Source: an uncultured candidate division Zixibacteria bacterium
Lineage (GTDB): Bacteria > Zixibacteria > MSB-5A5 > UBA10806
Direction: 5' to 3'
Length of the DNA: 64,000 nucleotides
Assembly (NCBI GenBank): GCA_963817915.1
Contig: CAWFQL010000017.1
Location: 529,704 to 593,703 of the forward strand
The notes below the pieces were generated by a model. It was not told where the DNA came from. It searched no databases and worked only from the letters and a program-made list of their open reading frames with translations. How positions within the stretch are numbered: the first letter of the stretch is position 1; each line of letters opens with the position of its first letter. Positions 10,937 to 21,505 of the stretch are shown here, one piece after another. Position numbers and translations under genes: made by a program.

Positions 10937-12793
10937 ATGCCAGACGAAAATAGTAATAATGCTCCCGATACGGTAATGAATTGCAGTTATCCAGGTTGTA
11001 GGCGATTTGCATTGGCGCGTTTTCAAAATAAATACTGTAATTTCCATTCCCCGGTAAAGGATAAACGAATAGATATTCCGCAATTTTATGAAGAGATAAT
11101 GAAGATTATTAATGAAGCCGGGCATAATCAAAGACCCTGCAATTTTGAAGGTTTTATATTTCCTGGGGACATAACCTTATCGCGAAGAAATTTCAATGCG
11201 CAAGTTAATTTTAAAAAAGCCGAATTTGCGGGAAAAGTAAATTTCAGTGATACGATATTTTCAGAAAAAGTATCATTTGAAGAAGCGCAATTTAGAAAAA
11301 AAGCAAATTTCGAGAAAGTAAAATTTTCGGGAACTGCGGATTTCAATTCAGCACACTTTCGTGATCTTGCCATATTTCAGAATGTACAATTCCAGAGAAA
11401 TGAACTATTTCCTATCACACGATTCGAGGGGTCAGCGGATTTTGGCAATTCTAAATTTGATGCTAATGTAATATTTGCCTTTGCGAAATTTGAATATAAA
11501 GTTTCATTTCTTAATGCAAAAATTTTAGGCAAAGCACATTTTGAAGAAGTTGAATTTGGTCAGGATGCAATATTTGGATTGTGGAAAGAAAATGATAATA
11601 CATTATTAAACGAAGAGCCTAGCGAATTCAATGATGAATCCTATTTCAATAACGCGAAATTTATTGGCAACGCGTCATTTAGATCTGTAAAATTTGCTAA
11701 AAAACCTGATTTTACTGGTACAGTCTTCAAGAAGATTGCTGATTTTAGTAGATCGAAATTATGCAATGGCGCATTATTCAATCTTTCGGAATTCTATGAT
11801 ATGATTTTCTTTACTACAATGACAATTGGAGGTGATATTGATTTTGTCAAAATTAGGTTAGGGGAAAATGCCGATTTTCTATTTCAACGAAACAATTTTA
11901 TTTTTGCCTTCAAAGCGGGAGAAAAAATACGCATAATTTTCGATTCAGTCAAATTTAGACCATTTAATGCCAAATTTGAGAATGTACGAATTTCGGAAGA
12001 GAATAAGCAAAATCAGTTATATATGCTTTTTAGATATTGCGATTTAACAGATATATTTTTCGTCGATAATGAAATGTATTGGTTTTCGTTTCTGACTAGT
12101 TCTTTTGATAAAGCGCGAATTACTTCTTCCGAATGGGGGGAAACCCATGATGGACGAAAAAACGTTTTGCCGGAAGAAGTGTTTTTTGATCAACTGCTTA
12201 ATAATAAAGACTTTAATGATAAGAAAAGTCAATTTAGGGAATATAGACAAATATATAATCTTGTTAGTCGGAGTGAAGTCGAAGCATTGTACCGCCGCAT
12301 GAAATCTGCTTAGATCGTTCTAAGGATTTTCCAGAGGCCGGATGGTTTTACTACAATGAATTTGAAATGAAAAGAAAAGGATTGGCGGAGAAGATAGAAG
12401 CGGATGCTACCTAATCTAAGATTATTGACGGATTGTTAAGAAAAATATTCAGCAGACATGGTCTTTATTATGCTTATAAAACTTTTGCCGGATATGGCGA
12501 AAAGCCACTTTGGAGTTTTTATTGGTTTCTATTCTTTGCGATTGGTGTATTCCCTCCATTGCACTTGTTCGCAGGACTTTATAAAAATAATGGTGATACA
12601 ATTGGCTGGTTGGATGCATTAGTATTTTCGCTTTATCGCGTAATCCCCGTCAGCTATTTACCATATATGAGAAATGAATTGTCTCCCGACGGAATTGCTT
12701 GGTCTATTTTTGTCGTTTCTCAATTCCCTTGTCCTGATCATTCTTGTCACCTTCATCGCCATCGGCCTCAAGCGGCATTTCCGGCGGTTTTAA
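10937..12793 (+). CDS. AT-rich pentapeptide-repeat protein with C-terminal membrane domain (split by apparent indels)
   Basis: Repeated (A/V)xFxxAxF pentapeptide units; downstream fragments give EAGWFYYNEFEMKRK, GYGEKPLWS, TM helices and GLKRHFRRF*. Confidence 0.7.
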
Positions 12794-12815
12794 TCAAATT
12801 TTCCGTAAGGCATTT

Positions 12816-12843
12816 GTAGAGACTTGCCATGGCAAGTCTCTAC
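12816..12843. repeat. Perfect 28-bp palindrome with GTAG/CTAC ends
   Basis: GTAGAGACTTGCCATGGCAAGTCTCTAC; a relative lies at 27858-27885. Confidence 0.85.
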
Positions 12844-13007
12844 CCGTTATCGTCGGGCGCGTCGATTCGGCGATCACATATCCCCCAAAAAAATCCCATA
12901 AATCACCACTTGCATTTTCCGATAAACCTATGGTAAGATTGATATGAGGGTCTTTGTATATTGATAAATCAATTTCTTAGGTAGAAATATCGGAAAGGAG
13001 AGCTCTC

Positions 13008-13847
13008 GTGGAGGGCCAACAAAAATGCAGCAATTGCGGTCAACCGCGCGATCCTGAGGATCGTTTTTGCAAAAATTGCGGGAAACCATTCGAGGCGCCG
13101 CCGCCTCCTGAGCCGCCGCCCGCCGGACCATCAGACCAGATGGGACAATCACCATTGCTATCGCAGACAACCTCTTCATCAGAAGAGAAGCATGTCCCCT
13201 GGGAGCAACGAGAAAAATACGGATTTTTCGGAGGATTATGGGAGACCTGGAAAGAATCGGTTTTTTACCCCAATAGATTTTTCAGTAAGCTGCCCTTTAC
13301 CGGCGGCCTAGCCAGCCCCTTGCTCTATGCATTAATCACAAGCTGGTTCGGTTATGCAGTGTACTATATTTACGAGATAATATTCGCCAGCTTCTGGCTG
13401 GGACTGGTCTCGTCATTGGTAAAAGAGCCTCAGATCATGTCGGTGATGGGTTTGCAGGGCGGTTTGACCATTTTAAAGCTCATTATCATACCGGGCATGA
13501 TCGTCGTCAGTTTGTTTATAATGAGCGGAATATATCATTTGCTCTTCATGCTGTTCGGTTGGGCCAAACGAGACTTCGAGGCTACATTCCGAGCACTCGC
13601 TTATAGCTACGGAACTGCGCTCTTTATGATAGTTCCGCTTTGCGGAAGTGTGGTCGGACTTGTATGGTATATTGTCATCGCCATCACAGGCCTAAAACAT
13701 GCGCAGCAAACGACCGGCGGCAAAGCGGCGTTAGTGTTTTTTATACCGCTAATTCTTTTCTGCTGCTGTGTCGCCATCATGATGGCCTTATTCTGGACGG
13801 CGATTATCGGCATGATCGGCGCGGCCAGTCATTTCGGAGTAGATTGA
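13008..13847 (+). CDS. Zinc-ribbon + YIP1-family membrane protein
   Basis: CSNCG...FCKNCG, Pro-rich linker, VPWE..GFFGGLWETW, FEATFRALAYS, 5 TM segments. Confidence 0.75.
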   Translation: MEGQQKCSNCGQPRDPEDRFCKNCGKPFEAPPPPEPPPAGPSDQMGQSPLLSQTTSSSEEKHVPWEQREKYGFFGGLWETWKESVFYPNRFFSKLPFTGGLASPLLYALITSWFGYAVYYIYEIIFASFWLGLVSSLVKEPQIMSVMGLQGGLTILKLIIIPGMIVVSLFIMSGIYHLLFMLFGWAKRDFEATFRALAYSYGTALFMIVPLCGSVVGLVWYIVIAITGLKHAQQTTGGKAALVFFIPLILFCCCVAIMMALFWTAIIGMIGAASHFGVD

Positions 13848-13863
13848 GATATTGAAGCGGCGC

Positions 13864-14180
13864 TGTCGGGTCATTGAACTCGATAGTAGGGCAGGAGTCG
13901 CAGACTCCTTTTTTGGGTGGCAGTCGTCACCGACTGCCCCTAAAATATCAAATCAAAGGGGCAGCTGTGGACAGCTGCCGCCCAAGAAAGAACGGTGCTG
14001 TCGGGTCCCCGACCCGACAAAGACGCCGTCGTAGGTCGGGTTCAGAATGAGCGTAGCGAATTTACAATCCGGCAACTGACGGATGAAAAACCCGACAACA
14101 TTGTAGGGGTTTGATTCATCAAACCCCAAGGCAAATCGAATACCAAATGCCTTGGCAGGAGTGTTCCACTCCTGCCCTAC
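13864..14180. repeat. Dense nested REP/REPIN cluster
   Basis: GTAG REPs at 13886, 14031 and 14103, inverted REP 14154-14180; TGGG..CCCA doublet 13914-13984; GTCGGG..CCCGAC hairpin near 14000. Confidence 0.8.
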
Positions 14181-14193
14181 ATAGCGTCTTTAA

Positions 14194-14601
14194 ATGAAAA
14201 TTAAAATCGAAAATACTCCGCCGAAATCATCGGTGCATATTATCTGGGGACCGATTGTAATAGCCCTTTTGATTGTCGGCTGGTTGTTTCGCGATTTTTG
14301 GGGATTATTGCCGCCATGTTTTTTCCATCGCCTCACTGGCATTCCCTGCGCCACCTGCGGTGGAACTCGTTCGATTGTTTCTCTGGCCGGAATGCATCCA
14401 TTATTATCATTCTGGTATAATCCCGCTGTGATGCTGACCGCCTGCGTTCTGATTTTATTTTCATTGGGCTATTTTGTGGCATTAGTTACAAAACGACGCC
14501 TGAAATTCGAGCTAACCCAGACTGAAAAAACAGTATCGAGAATCGCTATTGTATTCTTGCTCGTTGCCAATTGGGCATTCTTGATAATCGCAGGAAGATA
14601 A
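14194..14601 (+). CDS. DUF2752-family membrane protein
   Basis: PPCFFHRLTGIPCATCGGTRS...YNP motif. Confidence 0.85.
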   Translation: MKIKIENTPPKSSVHIIWGPIVIALLIVGWLFRDFWGLLPPCFFHRLTGIPCATCGGTRSIVSLAGMHPLLSFWYNPAVMLTACVLILFSLGYFVALVTKRRLKFELTQTEKTVSRIAIVFLLVANWAFLIIAGR

Positions 14602-14613
14602 ATTTATCTTTTC

Positions 14614-14729
14614 TGGGCGGCAGTCGTCATCGACTGCCCTAAAATAGCTAAATCGAAGGGGCAGCTGTGGACAGCTGCCGCCCAAGAAATACAATTATGT
14701 TCGCATGCTGTCGGGTTGTCTGACCCGAC
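14614..14729. repeat. Second copy of the TGGG...CCCA double-hairpin element plus a GTCGGG hairpin
   Basis: Last 34 bp identical to the copy starting at 13914 (offset 700 bp). Confidence 0.85.
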
Positions 14730-14820
14730 AAAAATAGGGAATGCCCCATCATTTTTATTGATAATTATTTCCAAATTTACTATACTTCGGTTTGTCTTTT
14801 GGGAAATTGAGGAGTCTACT

Positions 14821-15270
14821 TTGAACGATAATTTAAAAGATGTGAAGAAGATTTTTATTTCGGGAGTCATCCAGGGCTCATCGACAAATAATGATATCCA
14901 CTCTCAGGATTACCGCCAACGGATAACTGAAATATTACAGGACGCTTTCCCTGGAGCTCAAATATACGATCCATTTGCAGGCCATGAAAACTCGATTGAA
15001 TATGATGACGAAAAAGGCAAAAAAACATTTCTTGAACATATCAGCTATGTGCACAAATCCGATCTGGTAATAGCCTATCTGCCCCACGCTTCTTTGGGCA
15101 CCGCGATTGAAGTATGGGAAGCCTACCAAAAGGGGATACCGGTTTGGATTATCTCCCCGATGCAAACCAACTGGGTCGTGAGATTTTGCTCTCAAAAAAT
15201 TTTCGAAAGCATCGAGGCCTTTGCGGCGTATTTTGTAGATTCGACAACAACCTTATTAAGCGAGAATTAA
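14821..15270 (+). CDS. Nucleoside 2-deoxyribosyltransferase-like protein
   Basis: KIFISG...SDLVIAYL..ASLGTAIEVWEAY; GAGGAG RBS before TTG 14821. Confidence 0.6.
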   Translation: MNDNLKDVKKIFISGVIQGSSTNNDIHSQDYRQRITEILQDAFPGAQIYDPFAGHENSIEYDDEKGKKTFLEHISYVHKSDLVIAYLPHASLGTAIEVWEAYQKGIPVWIISPMQTNWVVRFCSQKIFESIEAFAAYFVDSTTTLLSEN

Positions 15271-15271
15271 T

Positions 15272-15562
15272 TTGCCTACTTACGAGTATAAATGTAAAAG
15301 CTGCCAGGAAAAATTCGAAGAACTCCAGAAGATCACCGATCCCGCGATAGATAAATGTCCCCATTGCGGCGGGCCGGTCGAAAGAATAATTTCGGGCGGC
15401 GCCGGGATGGTATTCAAAGGCTCCGGATTTTATATTACTGATAATCGCTCTGATAAATATAAAAAAGCCGCCAATAATGATAAGTTTCCGACTACGGTAT
15501 CGACATCAGATTCAACCAAAGACAAAAAGAACTCGGATACAAAACCGACCAAAAAAGATTAA
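15272..15562 (+). CDS. FmdB-family zinc-ribbon protein
   Basis: MPTYEYKCKSC...CPHCGG...FKGSGFYITD. Confidence 0.9.
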   Translation: MPTYEYKCKSCQEKFEELQKITDPAIDKCPHCGGPVERIISGGAGMVFKGSGFYITDNRSDKYKKAANNDKFPTTVSTSDSTKDKKNSDTKPTKKD

Positions 15563-16587
15563 CCCGTCGTTCGTCCAGCCAATTGCCCGCAAGCTCCATT
15601 GATATCGATTCCCCTGCTCTCGCGAATAGTAACCGCGTAAGTCCGCGGATATAGATATTCCTTGAATGCCTGAACTGCTTCGTTGTCAGGTTTTTTGAAT
15701 GGCAGATTATTGATCGGATTATACAATATCAGGTTAATTTTGCATGGCAGGCCATGTATCAGCTTAACGAGCTTTTTAGCGTCCGCAATGGAATCGTTGA
15801 GCCCTCCAAGCAGCAGATATTCGATGCTGACCCGACGTTTGGCTATATGAGTATATCGTTTCGCCTCTTCGATTATTTCAGCAAGACTGTTATTTTGTGC
15901 TATGGGAATTATTTTGCCTCGAATTTCCTCATCCGCCGAATGAAGCGAGATGGCCAGACCCAGCTTGTCCGCTAATGGTATAAATCGTCTCATGCCATTG
16001 AGAACACCGACAGTCGATATCGTGATTTTCTTTCTCGAGAGCGATGGCCCGTAATCATCCGAGAGGATCGCACAGGCCTTGATAACATTATCGAGATTGA
16101 GCATCGGCTCGCCCATTCCCATAAAGACAATATTCGATATCCGATTTCTCGAATGTTTTTGCGCAATCAGGTATTGATCGACAATTTCGCCGGCGCTGAG
16201 ATTGTGCTTATACCCCAACAATCCGGTAGCGCAAAATTTACATCCAATCGGGCATCCCACCTGGCTGGAAACACACAATGTCGTTCGTTTTTGCTCCGGT
16301 ATCAAAACAGATTCTATCTTATTGTTGTCCGTTAATTCGAATAGAAACTTGGTCGAGCCATCGCGCGATTTAACATGCTGGATAGTCTTTATTGATGATA
16401 CAGACGCTATCTCTTTCAATTTCGCCCTTATCATCTTGGCGATATCGGTCATCTTCTCGAAATCGGCGACCCCTTCCTGATATATCCAGCGGAAAATCTG
16501 GCGTGCCTGATATGGCTTTAAGCCGTATTGGGGCAGGATCGCTTCCATTTCGGCTTTTGTCATTCCCTTAAGCTCTATAATATCCAC
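15559..16587 (-). CDS. rlmN: Dual-specificity RNA methyltransferase RlmN
   Basis: CVSSQVGCPIGCKFCATG, MGMGEP, GACGQL. Confidence 0.95.
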   Translation of the reverse strand: MDIIELKGMTKAEMEAILPQYGLKPYQARQIFRWIYQEGVADFEKMTDIAKMIRAKLKEIASVSSIKTIQHVKSRDGSTKFLFELTDNNKIESVLIPEQKRTTLCVSSQVGCPIGCKFCATGLLGYKHNLSAGEIVDQYLIAQKHSRNRISNIVFMGMGEPMLNLDNVIKACAILSDDYGPSLSRKKITISTVGVLNGMRRFIPLADKLGLAISLHSADEEIRGKIIPIAQNNSLAEIIEEAKRYTHIAKRRVSIEYLLLGGLNDSIADAKKLVKLIHGLPCKINLILYNPINNLPFKKPDNEAVQAFKEYLYPRTYAVTIRESRGIDINGACGQLAGRTTG

Positions 16588-16670
16588 ATCCCGAATTTAA
16601 GCTAAAGTTAATATTATACAACATATTTTATCTTGCTACTTCAGGCCGTGTTTCTTAATTTTTAACCATA

Positions 16671-17499
16671 ATGAGAGTTGCCGCCGTGCAATTTGAGCCG
16701 AAATTCGGCCAAATTAAAGAGAATATTGGAATTGCTTCTGAGCTTATAAAGAGCACCGAAGCCGATTTATATGTATTACCAGAGCTTTGCTTTAGCGGTT
16801 ATACATTTATATCTAGGGCTGAGGCCGAATCATTGTCGGAAAGCACTCAAAATGGCTATTCGATCGGCGAAATGTCAAAATTATCCTCTGAGAAGCAGGC
16901 AGCAATCAGTATTCGGATTTCCAGAAAACTCAAACGGCAAACTCTATAATTCATGTGCCTTAGTTACGCCAAATGGCCAAACTTACATCTATAGAAAACT
17001 GCATCTTTTCATGCACGAAAAATTATGGTTTTCTCCGGGCGATCTGCAGTTGCGGGCTTATGATTACAATAACGCGAAAATAGGAATGATGATCTGTTTC
17101 GATTGGATTTTCCCGGAGGTAGCGCGCACTTTGGCTCTTTCCGGCGCGCAGATATTATGTCACCCTGCGAATTTGGTCATGCCATTTTGCCAGAATGCCA
17201 TGATAACCCGCTCCTTAGAAAATCGTGTATTCTCCATAACTGCCAATAGGATAGGCAGAGAGGCACGGGGCGAATTTGACTTTCACTTTACCGGCCAAAG
17301 TCAGATAGTCTCAAATAAGGGAGAATTATTAAACAGAGCCTCAAATAATAAAGTAGAGGTTATAATTGCCGATATTAAAAATGACACGAGCGACGACAAA
17401 TGGTTAAATAAGATAAATAACCTCTGGGGCGATCGGCGCCCTGACTTCTACTCGAAGGTGACTGATGGCGAAGAAAAATCATCGAATACTGGTAATTGA
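16671..17499 (+). CDS. Carbon-nitrogen hydrolase (nitrilase family), frameshifted near 16910
   Basis: VLPEL, YRKLHL and ICFDWIFPE catalytic-triad motifs across two frames. Confidence 0.85.
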
Positions 17500-17851
17500 C
17501 GACGAACCCGAAATTACCGATATTATCAAAGCCTTCCTTGGCAATGCCGGCTATGAAGTCATGATAGAAAATTCATCTGTCATGGGTGTCGAAAAAGCCA
17601 AAAGCTTCAAGCCGGAATTGATATTGCTCGACATCATGATGCCCTTCATGGATGGCTATGAGGTTTGCAGTACATTGAAAAAAGATCCCGAATTAGCCGG
17701 AATCCCCGTGCTGTTTCTCACAGGCAAAGATGCCAATGACGATGCTGGTCAGAGCTTCAAATCCGGCGCGGACCTTTTTATTAAGAAACCATTTTCCTGC
17801 GAACGACTCCTTGAAATGGTCAGGATGGTTCTAATTTCGGTATCCAGATAA
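17465..17851 (+). CDS. Single-domain response regulator receiver
   Basis: ILVIDDE, LLDIMMP.MDG, FIKKPF. Confidence 0.92.
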   Translation: MAKKNHRILVIDDEPEITDIIKAFLGNAGYEVMIENSSVMGVEKAKSFKPELILLDIMMPFMDGYEVCSTLKKDPELAGIPVLFLTGKDANDDAGQSFKSGADLFIKKPFSCERLLEMVRMVLISVSR

Positions 17852-17876
17852 TTTGAATTCAAGTCGTAAAATTAAT

Positions 17877-17900
17877 ACCGCGGACTATCCGCGGTTTTTT
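17877..17900 (+). terminator. Intrinsic terminator
   Basis: ACCGCGGA-CTA-TCCGCGGT followed by a T-run. Confidence 0.75.
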
Positions 17901-17902
17901 AT

Positions 17903-17931
17903 TTGACCCAACCCTGCTTTAACGGTATACT
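17903..17931 (+). promoter_or_regulatory. Sigma-70 promoter, apparently leaderless
   Basis: TTGACC-17-TATACT-6 nt-ATG. Confidence 0.7.
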
Positions 17932-17937
17932 CCATCG

Positions 17938-18690
17938 ATGAGACTTATCCGGCAAACATTGATATTGATGCTTCTGATGGCGTCGATTGGGATTGCGGCA
18001 CTTCCTCGCCCGATAGGGTACGTATCGGATTTTGCGCATATATTCGATCAGGGTAGCATCGATAAGATAGTCGGCACCATTCAGGCGATCAAAGCGAGCA
18101 CCGGCGCGGAAATAGCGGTCGTATCCGAGGATTCCCTCGGCCGCTATGGCTCAATCGAGGAGATGTCGTTGGCGTTTCTGCATGACTGGAAGGTCGGCGA
18201 GCAAGGAAAAGACAACGGTTTGGTGCTATTGATTGTCATTGATAAGTTTAATAATTATAAAGCATATAGATTCGCAACCGGATATGGTCTCGAAGGCCAG
18301 CTGCCAGATGGGCTTTTGGGGCAGATAGGCCGTGAAGAGATGGTGCCGAATTTTCGCTCTGAGGATTATGGCGGCGGGGTTTTGGCGGCAACAATAAGAA
18401 TCGGCAATATCTTGGGCGCGAATCTGCAGGCCGCTCCGAGAAGGTCGCATAAGACAAAGTCCCAGGGGCTGGGATTTATTATATTCCTGATAATCATGGG
18501 CATCTTCCTTTTCTCCGGCAAGGGCCGGGGCGGCGGGGGATTGCTCTGGCTCCTGATGATGAGCGGTGGCGGATTTAGGAATGGTGGCGGTTTCGGCGGC
18601 GGCAGCTTCGGAGGCGGTGGAGGCGGCGGTTTTGGTGGATTTGGCGGCGGCGGCGGAGGCGGCGGCGGTGGAGCTACCGGAAGCTGGTAG
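17938..18690 (+). CDS. TPM-domain protein with Gly-rich tail
   Basis: YVSDFA, GAEIAVV, WKVG...DNGLVLLI, TGYGLEG, GGGGGATGSW. Confidence 0.9.
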   Translation: MRLIRQTLILMLLMASIGIAALPRPIGYVSDFAHIFDQGSIDKIVGTIQAIKASTGAEIAVVSEDSLGRYGSIEEMSLAFLHDWKVGEQGKDNGLVLLIVIDKFNNYKAYRFATGYGLEGQLPDGLLGQIGREEMVPNFRSEDYGGGVLAATIRIGNILGANLQAAPRRSHKTKSQGLGFIIFLIIMGIFLFSGKGRGGGGLLWLLMMSGGGFRNGGGFGGGSFGGGGGGGFGGFGGGGGGGGGGATGSW

Positions 18691-18740
18691 AAAGACTGAT
18701 TTTTTTGAACTTTTTATGGTGCATTGCACTATAATATGGT

Positions 18741-19307
18741 ATGAGACTTATCAAGAAATATAAGAATCGACGGCTATACGACACCGATTTGAAGAAGAAT
18801 ATAACTTTCGACGATATAAAAAAGTACGTCATGAATGATATCGATTTGAAAATAATCGATAATACAACCGGCGAGGACATCACAATTTCAGTGCTGGCCA
18901 ATATAATGGGAGAGCAGTCCCACGATTTTAAAAATTCAGGTCTGAAAATTGCCAATACGATATTAAAAAAAGGAGGAGTAGCAGCCATGGATATTTTCAA
19001 AAAATTAACGTTGGCCTCTATCGGAGCCGCCAACATGACTAAGGAAAGGCTCGAAGAATTGTTCGATGAAATGGTCAAAAAAGGCGAGATGACCAATGAC
19101 GAAAAAGCCCAGGCCATAAAAGGCTTCGTTGATAAATCGGTTGAAATGAGCGAAAAGGCCAAAGTCTACGCCGACGATATTGCCAAGAAAGTCTCTGAGA
19201 AATTTTCAGCCAAATTTGACCAGCAAATTTCCCAGTTGGCAATAAAATTGGAAGAGGTCAATACCAGGATCGCCGAGCTTGAAAAAAAGCTGAATATTGA
19301 TAAATAA
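18741..19307 (+). CDS. PhaR-type DNA-binding domain fused to a phasin-like coiled-coil domain
   Basis: IKKYKNRRLYDT N-terminus; second domain MDIFKKLTLASIGAANMTKE..LFDEMVKKGEM. Confidence 0.75.
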   Translation: MRLIKKYKNRRLYDTDLKKNITFDDIKKYVMNDIDLKIIDNTTGEDITISVLANIMGEQSHDFKNSGLKIANTILKKGGVAAMDIFKKLTLASIGAANMTKERLEELFDEMVKKGEMTNDEKAQAIKGFVDKSVEMSEKAKVYADDIAKKVSEKFSAKFDQQISQLAIKLEEVNTRIAELEKKLNIDK

Positions 19308-19337
19308 TTACTGCGCTTATAGCCAAATTATTGCATC

Positions 19338-19495
19338 GTAGGGGCGTTTGAAAAAACGCCCTTCTTCATGTGGCATGCTTATTCGCCGGCGGATGCGAGA
19401 TTTCTGTGAGGTCGGGTCGCCTGACCCGACCGATTATATGCAGGAGAAAATGGCTGAGTGGCAAGCCTGTCCATCCTTGACGGAAAAGCATGTGC
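19338..19495. repeat. REP cluster
   Basis: GTAGGGGCGTTTGAAAAAACGCCC (exact inverted copy at 28062-28085); GGTCGGGTC..GACCCGACC; two TGGCATGC-family remnants. Confidence 0.75.
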
Positions 19496-19616
19496 GCAAT
19501 CGATATATTCGATTTTAAAAAGCGATTGTTATTGACCTTGAGGGATTCTGCCGATAAAATAATTCAGATGATATTGGATATATTAATTCAGTGCATAGTC
19601 TGAAAAGGTTGCTTTA

Positions 19617-21294
19617 ATGGGTATACCCCGTCCAGATGTGACATTGCGCCATCTTAAACGGTACAAAGAGATCGCCGGCGTATTCATGAAATACGGCTTC
19701 GGCGAGGTTTTTGACCGTCTGAATATTTCGGCGGCCTATCGATTAGGAAATAGAGTGCTGCGAAGGGAGCTTCCGCCTCAGACCACCTATGCCGAACGAA
19801 TCAGAATGTCATTGGAAGAGCTTGGGCCGACTTTTATCAAACTCGGGCAGGTGCTTTCCATGAGGCCATTCCTGGTGCCGCTCGATCTGGTAATCGAATT
19901 GATCAAGCTACAGGATAAGGTTCCGCCCATGAAGCCTGAAATCGCGGTCAGGACAGTCGAAGACTGAACTGAAAATGAAATTATCCGATGCTTACTCGAG
20001 CTTCGATCCCAATCCTGTGGCTTCGGCGTCACTTTCTCAAGTCCATAAAGCTACATTGATTGATGGCACTTCTGTCGCTGTCAAAATTCAAAGGCCGGGA
20101 ATCAAAAAAATAATCGAATCCGATATGGAAATATTAAGGGATATAGCGGCTCTTTTTGAAAAGCATATCCCCGAAAGCAGACAATACGAACCTATCGGCC
20201 TTGTCGATGAATTAGCCAAATCCACCCGAAAAGAAATCAATTTTCTGCTGGAAGCGAGGAATATTGAAGTCTTCGCGCGCAATTTCGAAAATGATAAACG
20301 GATATTCATACCCAAAGTGTATTGGGATTTTTCGACTCGCCACATGATTACAATGGATTGGATCGATGGCATTAAAATAAATGATGTCGAAAAGCTCAAA
20401 TCATTAGGCCTGAATACATCGGAAATCTGTAAAGCGGGCGGCGAAATGGTTTTCAAGATGATTTTCGATCATGGATTCTTCCATGCCGACCCGCATCCCG
20501 GCAATTTATTTGTCACCAGGGAAGGGCTGATAGCGCCAGTCGATTATGGTATGATGGGGACATTGTCAACCACCCAGCTTTCAGAGATCGGCGATATTTT
20601 AGCCGCGATTGTCAGCAAAGATTCGGCATTAATGGCCTACTCATTTTCAAAGGCAGAATTTCTTCCGGAAGATATAAATTTGAAGTCATTCGAGGCTGAT
20701 ATCAATGAAATGATGAGTCGTTACCATAAGACCCCGCTCGCTCAGATCGACATGGCGACGATTTCCGAAGAATTTTTCGATATAGTGCATCGCTATCATT
20801 TTCAGGTGCGATCGGAATTCATGGTATTCGGCAAGGCGATGGTTACCTATGAAGAGGTCGCCCGTCAGCTCGATCCCGATTATGATTTCATCAAGAGCGC
20901 GGCGCCATTTGTCAAAAAACTTGTATTCAGGAAATTTAATGTCGACGAAATATCGAGAGACCTGAAGATCGGAATTTCTGAGATGAGGGATTTCATGATA
21001 AAATTCCCCATCGAGGCCCGCCAATTCACGACCAAGCTCAATAAAGGGAAAATTAAATTCGGACTGGATATAATCGGCCTGGAACGGCTGATAGTGGAGC
21101 TCGATAGATCATCGAACCGTCTCGCATTTGCGTTGGTGATCGCCGCCATAATCATCGGATCATCATTCATAATGACACTTGATATCGGGCTGAAAGTCTG
21201 GGGTGTACCGGTGGTAGGATTACTCGGCTATTCGATCGCAGGTATCCTTGGACTGGGATTAGCGCTCTCCATATTGCGTTCTGGTAAGCTTTAA
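19617..21294 (+). CDS. ABC1/UbiB/AarF-family kinase (frameshifted near 19965)
   Basis: LEELGPTFIKLGQ, ASASLSQVH, VAVKIQRP, FFHADPHPGN, DYGM. Confidence 0.9.
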
Positions 21295-21343
21295 AAATCA
21301 TCTATAATAATATTTAGTAGGGCATGGGCTCAAAATTACGGAG

Positions 21344-21371
21344 TGTCGTCGGGTCTCCTGACCCGACGACA
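21344..21371. repeat. GTCGGG-family hairpin
   Basis: TGTCGTCGGGTC-TCCT-GACCCGACGACA. Confidence 0.75.
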
Positions 21372-21505
21372 TTTATAGTGTTATTGGCAATCTTTGAATT
21401 ACAAATATCATAATTCCTCCGGCATCCAACTCCACACTCCTGAACCCTATTTAGCTTGACGCAGTATAATACGCAGGTATATTTATGCCGGAGGAAAAAG
21501 GGAAA

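Noticed and set aside
18563..18675. GGC-rich tandem repeat
   Set aside because: It encodes the normal Gly-rich tail of TPM-domain proteins.
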